Shown: positions 55,835-63,363 of the stretch, piece by piece | Position numbering within the stretch: the first letter of the stretch is position 1 | Layout: each line of letters starts with the position of its first letter | IMG/VR virus record: IMGVR_UViG_3300025887_000010 | Coordinates: 62,863-126,862 of that record | Strand: one strand, 5' to 3' | Length of the DNA stretch: 64,000 bases | Origin: a virus | The notes under the pieces: model-generated | Database searches by the model: none | Told to the model about the DNA's origin: nothing | The model's input: only the letters and a program-made list of their open reading frames with translations | Position numbers and translations under genes: made by a program

Positions 55835-57295
55835 CTACAAGATCACACCAAAATTGAAAACGAGAAACCGGCGCTGCGCGAGCGTGCCGACCGGCTGGAC
55901 ATAGACGACCAGTGCGCCGGGGCGATCCGATGTGTAATTGATGGTCTCATCAAACGTTTGCCATGCGAATTTAGAGACTGGAAAATTGGTCAACTGCGCC
56001 AGTAGCACGCGGTTTTCGACACCCGTGCCACTACCCCAATCACCGCCGGGTTCGGCGCGCAGTAAATAGAGCCGCAGATTGACAGCCGTCAACTCATTGT
56101 CCGACGGGGTGATCCGACCAAAAAAGGATTTTATCTGCGACCCGGCCCGCACATATGGCCCGCTCTGCGCCCAGTCATAGGTTGGGTCGACGCCCGTCCC
56201 GGCATCGTCCAACTGGTTCGTCGTCGAAATGCCTAAATCCTTGTTGAATGTCACCCAGCGGTTGTTTGTCTCCATATAAAACCGCCCGCTGACCTCGACC
56301 AAAACGCCATCGTTTTCGGCTGCTAGACTCAGAAGCCATGCAGCTTCAGTTCCGACGAATCCATTCGTGACAGCAACATCGTATGCGGAAGGACCGTCAG
56401 ACCCGTTGAGACCATCAGCACCAGGGAGACCGTCAGCACCAGTTGCACCAGGAGCACCATCAGCACCTTCGAGACTCAGCAACCACTCAGCTTCAGTTCC
56501 GGCGAATCCACCATTGACTGCGATCTGATATGCAGACAAACCGTCAGCGCCAGTTGCACCATCGAGACCATCTGCACCAGGAGCACCGTCAGCACCTTCG
56601 AGACTCAGAAGCCATGCAGCTTCAGTTCCTACGAAACCCCCATTGACCGCTACTTGATAAGCAGACAAACCGTCAGAACCGTTGACACCATCAGCACCTT
56701 CGAGACTCAGCAACCATGCAGCTTCAGTTCCGACGAAACCACTATTGACTGCGATCTGATATGCGGAAGGACCATCAATGCCGTCAGCACCAGGAGCACC
56801 AGCTGCTCCATCGAGACCGTCAGCACCAGGAGCACCGTCAGTGCCTTTGAGACTCAGCAACCATGCAGCTTCAGTTCCGACGAATCCATTCGTGACAGCA
56901 ACATCGTATGCGGAAGGACCGTCAGCACCAGGGAGACCGTCAGCGCCAGGAGTGCCAGTTGCACCATCGGCTCCTCGAATACTGAAGAGCCATGCGGCTT
57001 CAGTTCCGACGAATCCATTCGCGACAGCAACATCATAGGCTGATAGCCCATCGGCACCGTCGGCACCATTGAGACCGTCGGCACCATCAGCGCCAGGTAA
57101 ACCGTCAGCGCCATCGGCACCATCAGCACCAGCGAGACTGGCGACCCATTCGGCTTGTGTTCCGACGAACCCTTCATCAACTGCTGATTCGTACGCGGTC
57201 AAGCCACCCTGCATGTTTACGATACTTGCGTTTGCGACTCGCACCCTTGCTGGGGCTGAAGTCGTGATTTTGAGTGTAGTTGTGTTAGTCGGCAT
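55835..57295 (-). CDS. Collagen-like repeat tail fibre/adhesin (start revised to MPTNTT)
   Basis: G-X-Y (GAD-rich) runs between seven G.SAY..AV..GF.GTEA.WL.SL units; globular C-terminal domain. Confidence 0.85.
   Translation of the reverse strand: MPTNTTTLKITTSAPARVRVANASIVNMQGGLTAYESAVDEGFVGTQAEWVASLAGADGADGADGLPGADGADGLNGADGADGLSAYDVAVANGFVGTEAAWLFSIRGADGATGTPGADGLPGADGPSAYDVAVTNGFVGTEAAWLLSLKGTDGAPGADGLDGAAGAPGADGIDGPSAYQIAVNSGFVGTEAAWLLSLEGADGVNGSDGLSAYQVAVNGGFVGTEAAWLLSLEGADGAPGADGLDGATGADGLSAYQIAVNGGFAGTEAEWLLSLEGADGAPGATGADGLPGADGLNGSDGPSAYDVAVTNGFVGTEAAWLLSLAAENDGVLVEVSGRFYMETNNRWVTFNKDLGISTTNQLDDAGTGVDPTYDWAQSGPYVRAGSQIKSFFGRITPSDNELTAVNLRLYLLRAEPGGDWGSGTGVENRVLLAQLTNFPVSKFAWQTFDETINYTSDRPGALVVYVQPVGTLAQRRFLVFNFGVIL
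56325..57215 (-). repeat. Coding repeat array of the collagen-like gene
   Basis: Near-identical DNA units such as GACTCAGCAACCATGCAGCTTCAGTTCCGACGAA recur seven times in variants. Confidence 0.9.
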
Positions 57296-57584
57296 AGATG
57301 GTGATCTCCACAATTTCCGCAAAGTTGCTGTCGTTTATGGCTTGAATCCTCATTTGATAAGTTCCTTTCGGCAAAAAAGGTGCAGTCTTCCCATCGATCA
57401 TCACCTGAACGATCCCGTTCGTTCCAACAAACAGTGTGGCTCGATCCGCGATTTCAGTTGATGTAAGGCTACCGACACCAATAAGAGATGCAGATGAGAT
57501 GACCATTAATGTGTCGTCTGGTGTCATGAACTCCAAGGCAACGATGTGGTCCCCACCTGACTTCATGTTGATGCGTGATGACAT
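57285..57584 (-). CDS. Hypothetical beta-rich protein, likely a fibre partner (start revised to MSSRIN)
   Basis: AGGAG RBS; TAAAATA 34 nt upstream. Confidence 0.7.
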   Translation of the reverse strand: MSSRINMKSGGDHIVALEFMTPDDTLMVISSASLIGVGSLTSTEIADRATLFVGTNGIVQVMIDGKTAPFLPKGTYQMRIQAINDSNFAEIVEITIYAD

Positions 57585-57617
57585 GGTTGCTCCTGAGTTC
57601 GTTTGAATTAATTCGAC

Positions 57618-57716
57618 TATTTTACACCCCCCCATCATATTCTTTTCAACAGATCGAAAGACTCAAACGATATTCCCATGAATCGCATTCATTCCCGTCA
57701 GCAATCGAGTAAAATA
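57618..57716. promoter_or_regulatory. Divergent pair of candidate late promoters
   Basis: GTAAAATA on minus (57618-57624) and GTAAAATA on plus (57710-57716), each ahead of a virion/packaging gene. Confidence 0.55.
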
Positions 57717-57726
57717 TGAATGAATA

Positions 57727-59445
57727 ATGCCTACCGAAAAGGACAGTCCTTTGCTTGAGCAATACACCAACCCACGCTGGCTTGAATCAGCACGAGGCAT
57801 CGACGTGGAGCCGCGATTCGACCTCAAAATTCCGAGTATCATCGATCCAAACGAGTACGGTCGTCGCGCCTTCTACATGAACAACAGAAAGATTCGTCGA
57901 GCCTACTTTCCGATCATGTACACTCAGGAGATGCTCGACGAGATTCAGCGTTGTCGTGAGGACGTCATCTACTTCGCTGCTCGATACTTCTACATTCGAA
58001 CGCTTGACTACGGTCGCATCATCATTGATCTGTACGACTATCAGAAAGAGTTCCTTCGCTGTATGGAGTTGCCTGGAGTTCGGAACGCCATCTATTTGGC
58101 TGGTCGTCAGACAGCGAAGTCGACAATCATGACACTCCGCATTCTACACAAAATCCTCTTCAATGAAGACTATCAGATCGCCATCCTCGCGAACAAGGGT
58201 GGCACAGCCCGTGAAATCTTCTCTCGTGTCCGTCTTGCCTACGAGGAGCTCCCATTGTGGATGCAGCCTGGTGTCATCGACTGGAACAAAGGCTCAACCA
58301 CTCTAGAGAATGGTTCGAAAGCGTTCGCTGCATCCACAGCTGATGACTCTGTACGTGGCTTCACACTGAACGAAGTGCTGCTCGACGAATTCGCGTTTGT
58401 GAAGAACGACGTAGACTTCTACAAGTCGACCCTTCCTGTGATCTCATCAGGTACTGATTCGCGACTCACCATGACCTCAACGCCTGACGGCAAGAAGGGC
58501 ATCTTCTACAAAACATGGGAGAAGGCCATCGGAGGCAACAGCAACTTCTTCAGCTTTGGCGTACCCTGGAACCTCGTTCCTGGTCGTGACGAAGAGTGGA
58601 AGATCGCAACGATCGAAGACTCATCACTCCTCGAGTTCCGCATCGAGCACAACATTGAGTTCCTCTCAGGCAAGACCAACCTGATCGACACAGAGGTGCT
58701 CGAAGACATAGAGCTCCACACTCTTCAAAACCCTGAAGACGAATTCGAAGGTGTCCGCATCTACGAGAACCCTGAAGAGGGGCAATCGTATGTAACCATC
58801 GTCGACACAGCTGAGGGCAAAGGACAGGACTATTCGACCTTCTCCGTCATCAACGTGACCGAACAGCCGTATCGACAGGTTGCTGCATACCAGAACAACG
58901 ACATCTCACCACTCCTCTTCGCAGCATTCGTCGACACATGGGCAAAGCACTACAACGAATCCCAACTGGTCGTAGAGAACAACAACGCTTCGGGCTCACT
59001 CGTCGCTGTGTCTCTTCGCAACGACTATGACTACGACAACCTCTATTGCATGAACGCCAAGGATGAGATGGGGATCGGCATCCGCACCACAACCAAAGTC
59101 AAGTCGATCGGGTGCTCCACACTACGGGGTCTCCTACGTTCGAAGAAGCTGACAGTGCGGGACCGTGAGACATACAACGAACTCTGCACCTTTGAATCGA
59201 AAGGCACCTCATACGAAGCCTCCAAGGGATGCACAGACGATCTCGTACAGAACCTCTGGCTCTTTGCCTGGTACACGACACAGGTCGAATTCGAAGAGCA
59301 CCTCGAAGGTGAGTCCATTGCTGACGACATCTTTGGTGCTGAGATCGAAGCCATACAGGGGATCGCACTTCCTGGTGGCTCCAACGAGGGCCCAACACAA
59401 AGCAACCACCAGAGCGGCTACGGTTCTGTAAACGACATCTGGTAA
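57727..59445 (+). CDS. gp17: Terminase large subunit
   Basis: LYDYQKE, GRQTAKST, ILANKG..AREI, QPGVIDWNKGS..LENGS, LDEFAFV, STPDG, VDTAEGKGQDYS, VENN, DDLV. Confidence 0.96.
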   Translation: MPTEKDSPLLEQYTNPRWLESARGIDVEPRFDLKIPSIIDPNEYGRRAFYMNNRKIRRAYFPIMYTQEMLDEIQRCREDVIYFAARYFYIRTLDYGRIIIDLYDYQKEFLRCMELPGVRNAIYLAGRQTAKSTIMTLRILHKILFNEDYQIAILANKGGTAREIFSRVRLAYEELPLWMQPGVIDWNKGSTTLENGSKAFAASTADDSVRGFTLNEVLLDEFAFVKNDVDFYKSTLPVISSGTDSRLTMTSTPDGKKGIFYKTWEKAIGGNSNFFSFGVPWNLVPGRDEEWKIATIEDSSLLEFRIEHNIEFLSGKTNLIDTEVLEDIELHTLQNPEDEFEGVRIYENPEEGQSYVTIVDTAEGKGQDYSTFSVINVTEQPYRQVAAYQNNDISPLLFAAFVDTWAKHYNESQLVVENNNASGSLVAVSLRNDYDYDNLYCMNAKDEMGIGIRTTTKVKSIGCSTLRGLLRSKKLTVRDRETYNELCTFESKGTSYEASKGCTDDLVQNLWLFAWYTTQVEFEEHLEGESIADDIFGAEIEAIQGIALPGGSNEGPTQSNHQSGYGSVNDIW

Positions 59446-59464
59446 TAGATAGGACACCGACATC

Positions 59465-61903
59465 ATGACCTTCACCAACTTCATCCGAACCACTGTACAA
59501 AAGCAGACTTCTTCTCTCTCCTCTATAGTAAAGGAGTACGATAGCTTCTCCAACAACGTCACCTCGTTCCTTTCTACTAGGCTACGTTCACCTCAACCTC
59601 CAACCAACCTCGTCTTCAAATCAGGTCGAGTCTCTTTCTCTGAATATGAGAAGAGCATGCAGCCTTCTATCTCCAACCTCTCTAGTGATGGACCTTCATC
59701 CACAGGCATCACCAGCTATCTACCGAGTAGCCAGGATGTACTCAGCGTACTCAGTGCATCCCAGGAGCAAGAATTCACGTCCCTCCGAGTGCAGATTCAA
59801 CAACTTCTCCTTAGTACAAGGGATTTGTTCGAATCCTCTGCATCTGTTCCCATTCTCTTGTCCCAGAATCATAGTGGAGAAAAGGGTACCAGCGCGATTT
59901 TAACAGCGTTCGAGAACTGGGACACTCGTAAGGATGCAGACGTCTCTATACGAGATCAGCTGCTGACCATCGCTACTACACTGCTATCTACGCGATCCTC
60001 ACTCACTCAGTTGCGTCTACGGTTCTCTCTGCCATCTCCTGTGGTCACCTTCGAACTGCGACTCACCCAGATCATTCAGAGGTTCGAACGGTTGCTTGAA
60101 CAGTACTCAGAACCGTTCGAACAGATGACAGAGAGTGCACTCGAAATCGAGCAGTCTATCGACGTACCCCATAGAGTCTCACTGAATAGGACTGTTGGGA
60201 TCGCATCTACCCTACGCAACAGGTTCTTTCGGTTCGTTCGTGCTGAATACGTGCGAGGTCAGCTGTCATCGATACCTGCCCAGTCGTCATCATTCGCAGG
60301 GAATGCAAGAGACCCTGGTTCTGAGAAGGACGTCATCACAGGTATCGCAAGTCCCAATGCCCGTATGGCAGTATCAAGAGTTGGTGTGCTTGACGATGAT
60401 GCTGTATCCTTCGGACCTCTGACTGAAGATGAGTTCGTTCAGTTTGCAAACAACATCGTATCGTATCTCGGAACCTCTGCCTCTACAGTGAATGCGACAG
60501 GCTTTCTCGGATCCTATCAGTTTGGTGCGAATGAACTGATTCGACTTGGGTATGTGAAGCCTGGTACAACGAACCTATCACTCAAGGTACCATCGATGTG
60601 GACAGGCAAAGATGGCATCAGTTCGAGAGACTCATTCCTTTCAGCTGATCAGAGACCCATCTTTCTGACTGAATGCAAGTACCTCTACTCACGACTCATT
60701 TCGATGGGTGTGCTTGAGTCTACAGACATGAAGGCTAAGGTCAAAGGATACGTAGCGATCGCATCTATACAGACACTGAGTGCTGCGAATCAGCAGACTC
60801 AAGGCATTTCGTTCCAAACAGCTGGGGGTCGTACGAATTCAGCAATCTTCAGTCAGTTTGCTGATGGACCTATAGAGACGATGAATCGTGAAGAGTCTGA
60901 AGCAAATCAGGTTGCCGCATCAGCAAACTACATGCCTGACTCAATGCCATTTAGCATGCCTTCATCGACAGCAGCACCGGTCTATCCGCACAATCATGTC
61001 GATCATTCGGAGTCTGGGCATTACAGGGAAGTTGACGATACTCCTGGTTCTGAACGCATTGCTGAAAGACATCGTACAGGGACTGGATATGAGATCGATG
61101 AGAATGGGACCCAACGCAATGTGATTCGAAAGGATCGGTACACACTGATCTGTGGTGATGACTTTGTGATGGTGAATGGAAACGTCAACATCTTCGTGGA
61201 AGGTGATGCAGGAATCGTAGCCAACAACGTAACGATCAATACGAAAGAGGACCTCAACATCACATGCGGTTCGTCTCTCAACATCAAGGCTGCAGACATG
61301 AACATTGAGATCGAAGGTCAGAAGGTTGAAACGATTGGTGCTGACTCTGCATTGAGTGTTGGTGGTTTCATGACTGCAGCAATCGAAGGCAATCTTCAAT
61401 TCGACTCTAAGGCATTCGCTGCAGTTGCGCGATCAGGCACTCTCAATCTTGAGGCTTCTGAGTCCATTGGTCTGAGGTCAGATGATGCAATCAATGCAGT
61501 CGCAACCTCAGACATCTCAATCTTCAGTGCAGCATCCACAACAGTGGGTTCGAGTGGTAACGTTTCGATTGCTGGTGGCGGTAATGTTGGAATCAGTGGA
61601 TCAGGGTCAGCAACTCTCTTTGGTTCGAGTGGAACATTCGTCTCATCTGATGGGAATGTTTCGATTGCAGGTTCAGGACCCATTCGACTCTCACATCCTG
61701 TTGAAAAGGCTCTGTATGCTGATACAGCAGGTCTTGCTACTCTTGGAACCCCAGTGCCAATCAGTCCATCAGGTTCATCGAGTGATGGTGGAATCAGTGC
61801 AACTCTTCAGACTACAGACGAATCGACTCAAAACCTTGGAGAGCTCGTCTCACTCTATACACTGTCATCATTCGATTCGAGTGAAGCGTCCTCAAAGGGA
61901 TGA
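59465..61903 (+). CDS. gp5: Baseplate hub / cell-puncturing protein, gp5-like
   Basis: YPHNHV..SESGH..EVDDTPGSERI..RHRTGT.YEI followed by beta-helix repeats; central GSYQFG...WTGKDGI lysozyme-like region. Confidence 0.85.
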   Translation: MTFTNFIRTTVQKQTSSLSSIVKEYDSFSNNVTSFLSTRLRSPQPPTNLVFKSGRVSFSEYEKSMQPSISNLSSDGPSSTGITSYLPSSQDVLSVLSASQEQEFTSLRVQIQQLLLSTRDLFESSASVPILLSQNHSGEKGTSAILTAFENWDTRKDADVSIRDQLLTIATTLLSTRSSLTQLRLRFSLPSPVVTFELRLTQIIQRFERLLEQYSEPFEQMTESALEIEQSIDVPHRVSLNRTVGIASTLRNRFFRFVRAEYVRGQLSSIPAQSSSFAGNARDPGSEKDVITGIASPNARMAVSRVGVLDDDAVSFGPLTEDEFVQFANNIVSYLGTSASTVNATGFLGSYQFGANELIRLGYVKPGTTNLSLKVPSMWTGKDGISSRDSFLSADQRPIFLTECKYLYSRLISMGVLESTDMKAKVKGYVAIASIQTLSAANQQTQGISFQTAGGRTNSAIFSQFADGPIETMNREESEANQVAASANYMPDSMPFSMPSSTAAPVYPHNHVDHSESGHYREVDDTPGSERIAERHRTGTGYEIDENGTQRNVIRKDRYTLICGDDFVMVNGNVNIFVEGDAGIVANNVTINTKEDLNITCGSSLNIKAADMNIEIEGQKVETIGADSALSVGGFMTAAIEGNLQFDSKAFAAVARSGTLNLEASESIGLRSDDAINAVATSDISIFSAASTTVGSSGNVSIAGGGNVGISGSGSATLFGSSGTFVSSDGNVSIAGSGPIRLSHPVEKALYADTAGLATLGTPVPISPSGSSSDGGISATLQTTDESTQNLGELVSLYTLSSFDSSEASSKG

Positions 61904-61961
61904 ACACACAACAATCCCTCACATTCGTGTTGAGTGTGAGGGAGAATCGAATTGGTTTGGC

Positions 61962-62255
61962 TTAAGACATGAACTCATCGAAGTACGATTGATTGAATGC
62001 AACCAATTCTTCGATCGAATCGTAACGATTGAATTTGCCTTCCTTGACGTAGGTCGTTGGGTAGAATTCAGAATCAACTTCATCTGTGTTGCAATCTTGA
62101 ACATCGACGAATTGACCTTGGTCCTTGACGATTGCACATTGTAGGAAACCATCATATGTGAATGAGAAACCGTATTCGGTCTCCTTTACGTTTTCGGACA
62201 TTCCTTTGAATGCTGAGTTCGATTCGAAGAGTGCTTCCAGTTGCTTGACAGTCAT
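61962..62255 (-). CDS. Hypothetical protein (start revised to MTVKQL)
   Basis: AAAGGAG RBS directly after the promoter. Confidence 0.8.
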   Translation of the reverse strand: MTVKQLEALFESNSAFKGMSENVKETEYGFSFTYDGFLQCAIVKDQGQFVDVQDCNTDEVDSEFYPTTYVKEGKFNRYDSIEELVAFNQSYFDEFMS

Positions 62256-62282
62256 GATTGAGTCTCCTTTGTTTATAGTTCG

Positions 62283-62312
62283 ATTATAGACTATCGGAGA
62301 CGCAATGTACAC
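62283..62312 (-). promoter_or_regulatory. Early promoter
   Basis: GTGTAC-N18-TATAAT. Confidence 0.9.
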
Positions 62313-62320
62313 AGCTCGTT

Positions 62321-62362
62321 TTGCATCGCATACACAACCGATTGCATCGCATACACAACCGA
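62321..62362. repeat. Perfect 21 bp tandem duplication
   Basis: TTGCATCGCATACACAACCGA x2. Confidence 0.95.
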
Positions 62363-62396
62363 CTGACGATCCGTCCATTCATTTCTTGTTCCGTAA

Positions 62397-62517
62397 ATTA
62401 CGAGACAATACTGACTTCCGATCAATCTTCAGGAGTAACCAGTGACTCACTGAGTAACGTATGCCAGGTTGATGAATAATATATTGTCGAAGCAGGTGGT
62501 GTGACCCAGAGAGCTTC
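62397..62517 (+). repeat. Conserved intergenic element, copy 4 (with extended left flank)
   Basis: ATTACGAGACAATACTGAC...TCAGGAGTAACCAGTGACTCACTGAGTA...TTGATGAATAATATATTGTCGA...GACCCAGAGAGCTTC. Confidence 0.9.
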
Positions 62518-62709
62518 GTTGTCACCATCTATTATATCACACTTCGAATCAGATGTACACAATTCATTGCAACATTTGTGCAATTTAATGCACTTACCTC
62601 TGTGACCCTTGCATCTAGTGCATACAACATAATTGATTGATCTTGAGACCCCACGACGAGCAAGAACTCCAGTCCCTCCACATCGTCTACAGTATTCAGT
62701 TACGAACAC
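62422..62709 (-). CDS. Small protein with a DnaJ-type zinc finger at the N-terminus; C-terminal part doubtful
   Basis: CRRCGGTG...CTRCKGHRG; the frame then runs through a promoter and the repeat element. Confidence 0.4.
   Translation of the reverse strand: MFVTEYCRRCGGTGVLARRGVSRSINYVVCTRCKGHRGKCIKLHKCCNELCTSDSKCDIIDGDNEALWVTPPASTIYYSSTWHTLLSESLVTPED
62531..62560 (-). promoter_or_regulatory. Early promoter transcribing into element copy 4 from the opposite strand
   Basis: GTGTAC-N18-TATAAT with TGTGA extension. Confidence 0.85.
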
Positions 62710-62823
62710 CTGAGCACTTCATCCCATTTGGGATCATCATGATCGCGAACATTTTCGACAGCTTTTGCAGCTTGAGTTGGTGTCGCATACCATGCATGTG
62801 AAGAGTTGACTGGGTAGCAAAGC

Positions 62824-63030
62824 TTATGAATGGGTGTGGATGCTGTACTTCAGATCAGAGTCATCATGTTCACACTTGACAGTCACATCCCATCTTGCAA
62901 TGTCCAGTTGACGCTCTCCACCTGATGGAGACCATATGCCATCATAGACCCTCTGAAGAGAGATCGATTTGAAGCCTTCAGACTCAAGAGCAGACTTGAC
63001 CTTACGTGCGACCTTTTCTCTTGCATTCAT
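62824..63030 (-). CDS. Hypothetical protein (possibly frameshifted; full length 62700-63030)
   Basis: 68 aa ORF; an alternative frame continues to a TAA that overlaps the next gene's start. Confidence 0.55.
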   Translation of the reverse strand: MNAREKVARKVKSALESEGFKSISLQRVYDGIWSPSGGERQLDIARWDVTVKCEHDDSDLKYSIHTHS

Positions 63031-63072
63031 AACAGAGAATCCTTTCTCATCACTTCTTTGTGGCTTTGCATC

Positions 63073-63363
63073 TCACCGGATTGAATTGACACCCGCTACG
63101 ACGAATGCAAAAATGAGAGCTACGATTGCGGTCAAACCTATGACAAATTCCAGTAATGAAGGCTCTTGAGTAGACTCAAATGGCTCAGGAATGTAGTTGC
63201 GATCAATCTTCTGACCTCCACATACAGAGCAGGTGTAGTCTGGTTCAAATGGAGAAGCATCCGCATTCAAAATCATCGGGACTCCACAGTTTTCGCACGA
63301 TTTCGTTGTCATTTCAGTCTGTTGATCACCATTCAGCTGACGTGGGTATGGGTTGGGTGTCAT
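63073..63363 (-). CDS. Zinc-ribbon protein with a C-terminal TM anchor
   Basis: CENC...CSVC; VIGLTAIVALIFAFVVAGV. Confidence 0.7.
   Translation of the reverse strand: MTPNPYPRQLNGDQQTEMTTKSCENCGVPMILNADASPFEPDYTCSVCGGQKIDRNYIPEPFESTQEPSLLEFVIGLTAIVALIFAFVVAGVNSIR

Noticed and set aside
21580-56325. Diversity-generating retroelement acting on the two fibre tips
   Set aside because: No reverse transcriptase and no TR/VR pair differing at adenines was seen; the two tips are unrelated
56325-57215. CRISPR array interpretation of the repeats
   Set aside because: The repeats are in-frame coding units with conserved collagen-like spacers, not unique spacers; no cas genes are present
58099-58122. 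Terminase Walker A GRQTAKST (Ala in place of the usual Gly) as a sign of inactivation
   Set aside because: All other ATPase and nuclease motifs are intact, and a single conservative variant is insufficient
32238-59445. Introns, inteins or homing endonucleases in nrdJ, gp41, gp43 or gp17
   Set aside because: Lengths are ordinary, motifs are contiguous, and no LAGLIDADG/HNH/GIY-YIG or intein termini were noticed
9613-62378. Longest-ORF starts for 9613, 12168, 17805, 47770, 49406, 51900, 57322, 57638, 5089 and 62378
   Set aside because: These extensions overlap upstream genes or promoters; downstream ATGs with RBS or coupling were used instead
62422-62560. C-terminal half of ORF 62422-62709 as real coding sequence
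   Set aside because: It runs through a perfect promoter and the repeated element, which are non-coding at the other loci; likely fortuitous read-through
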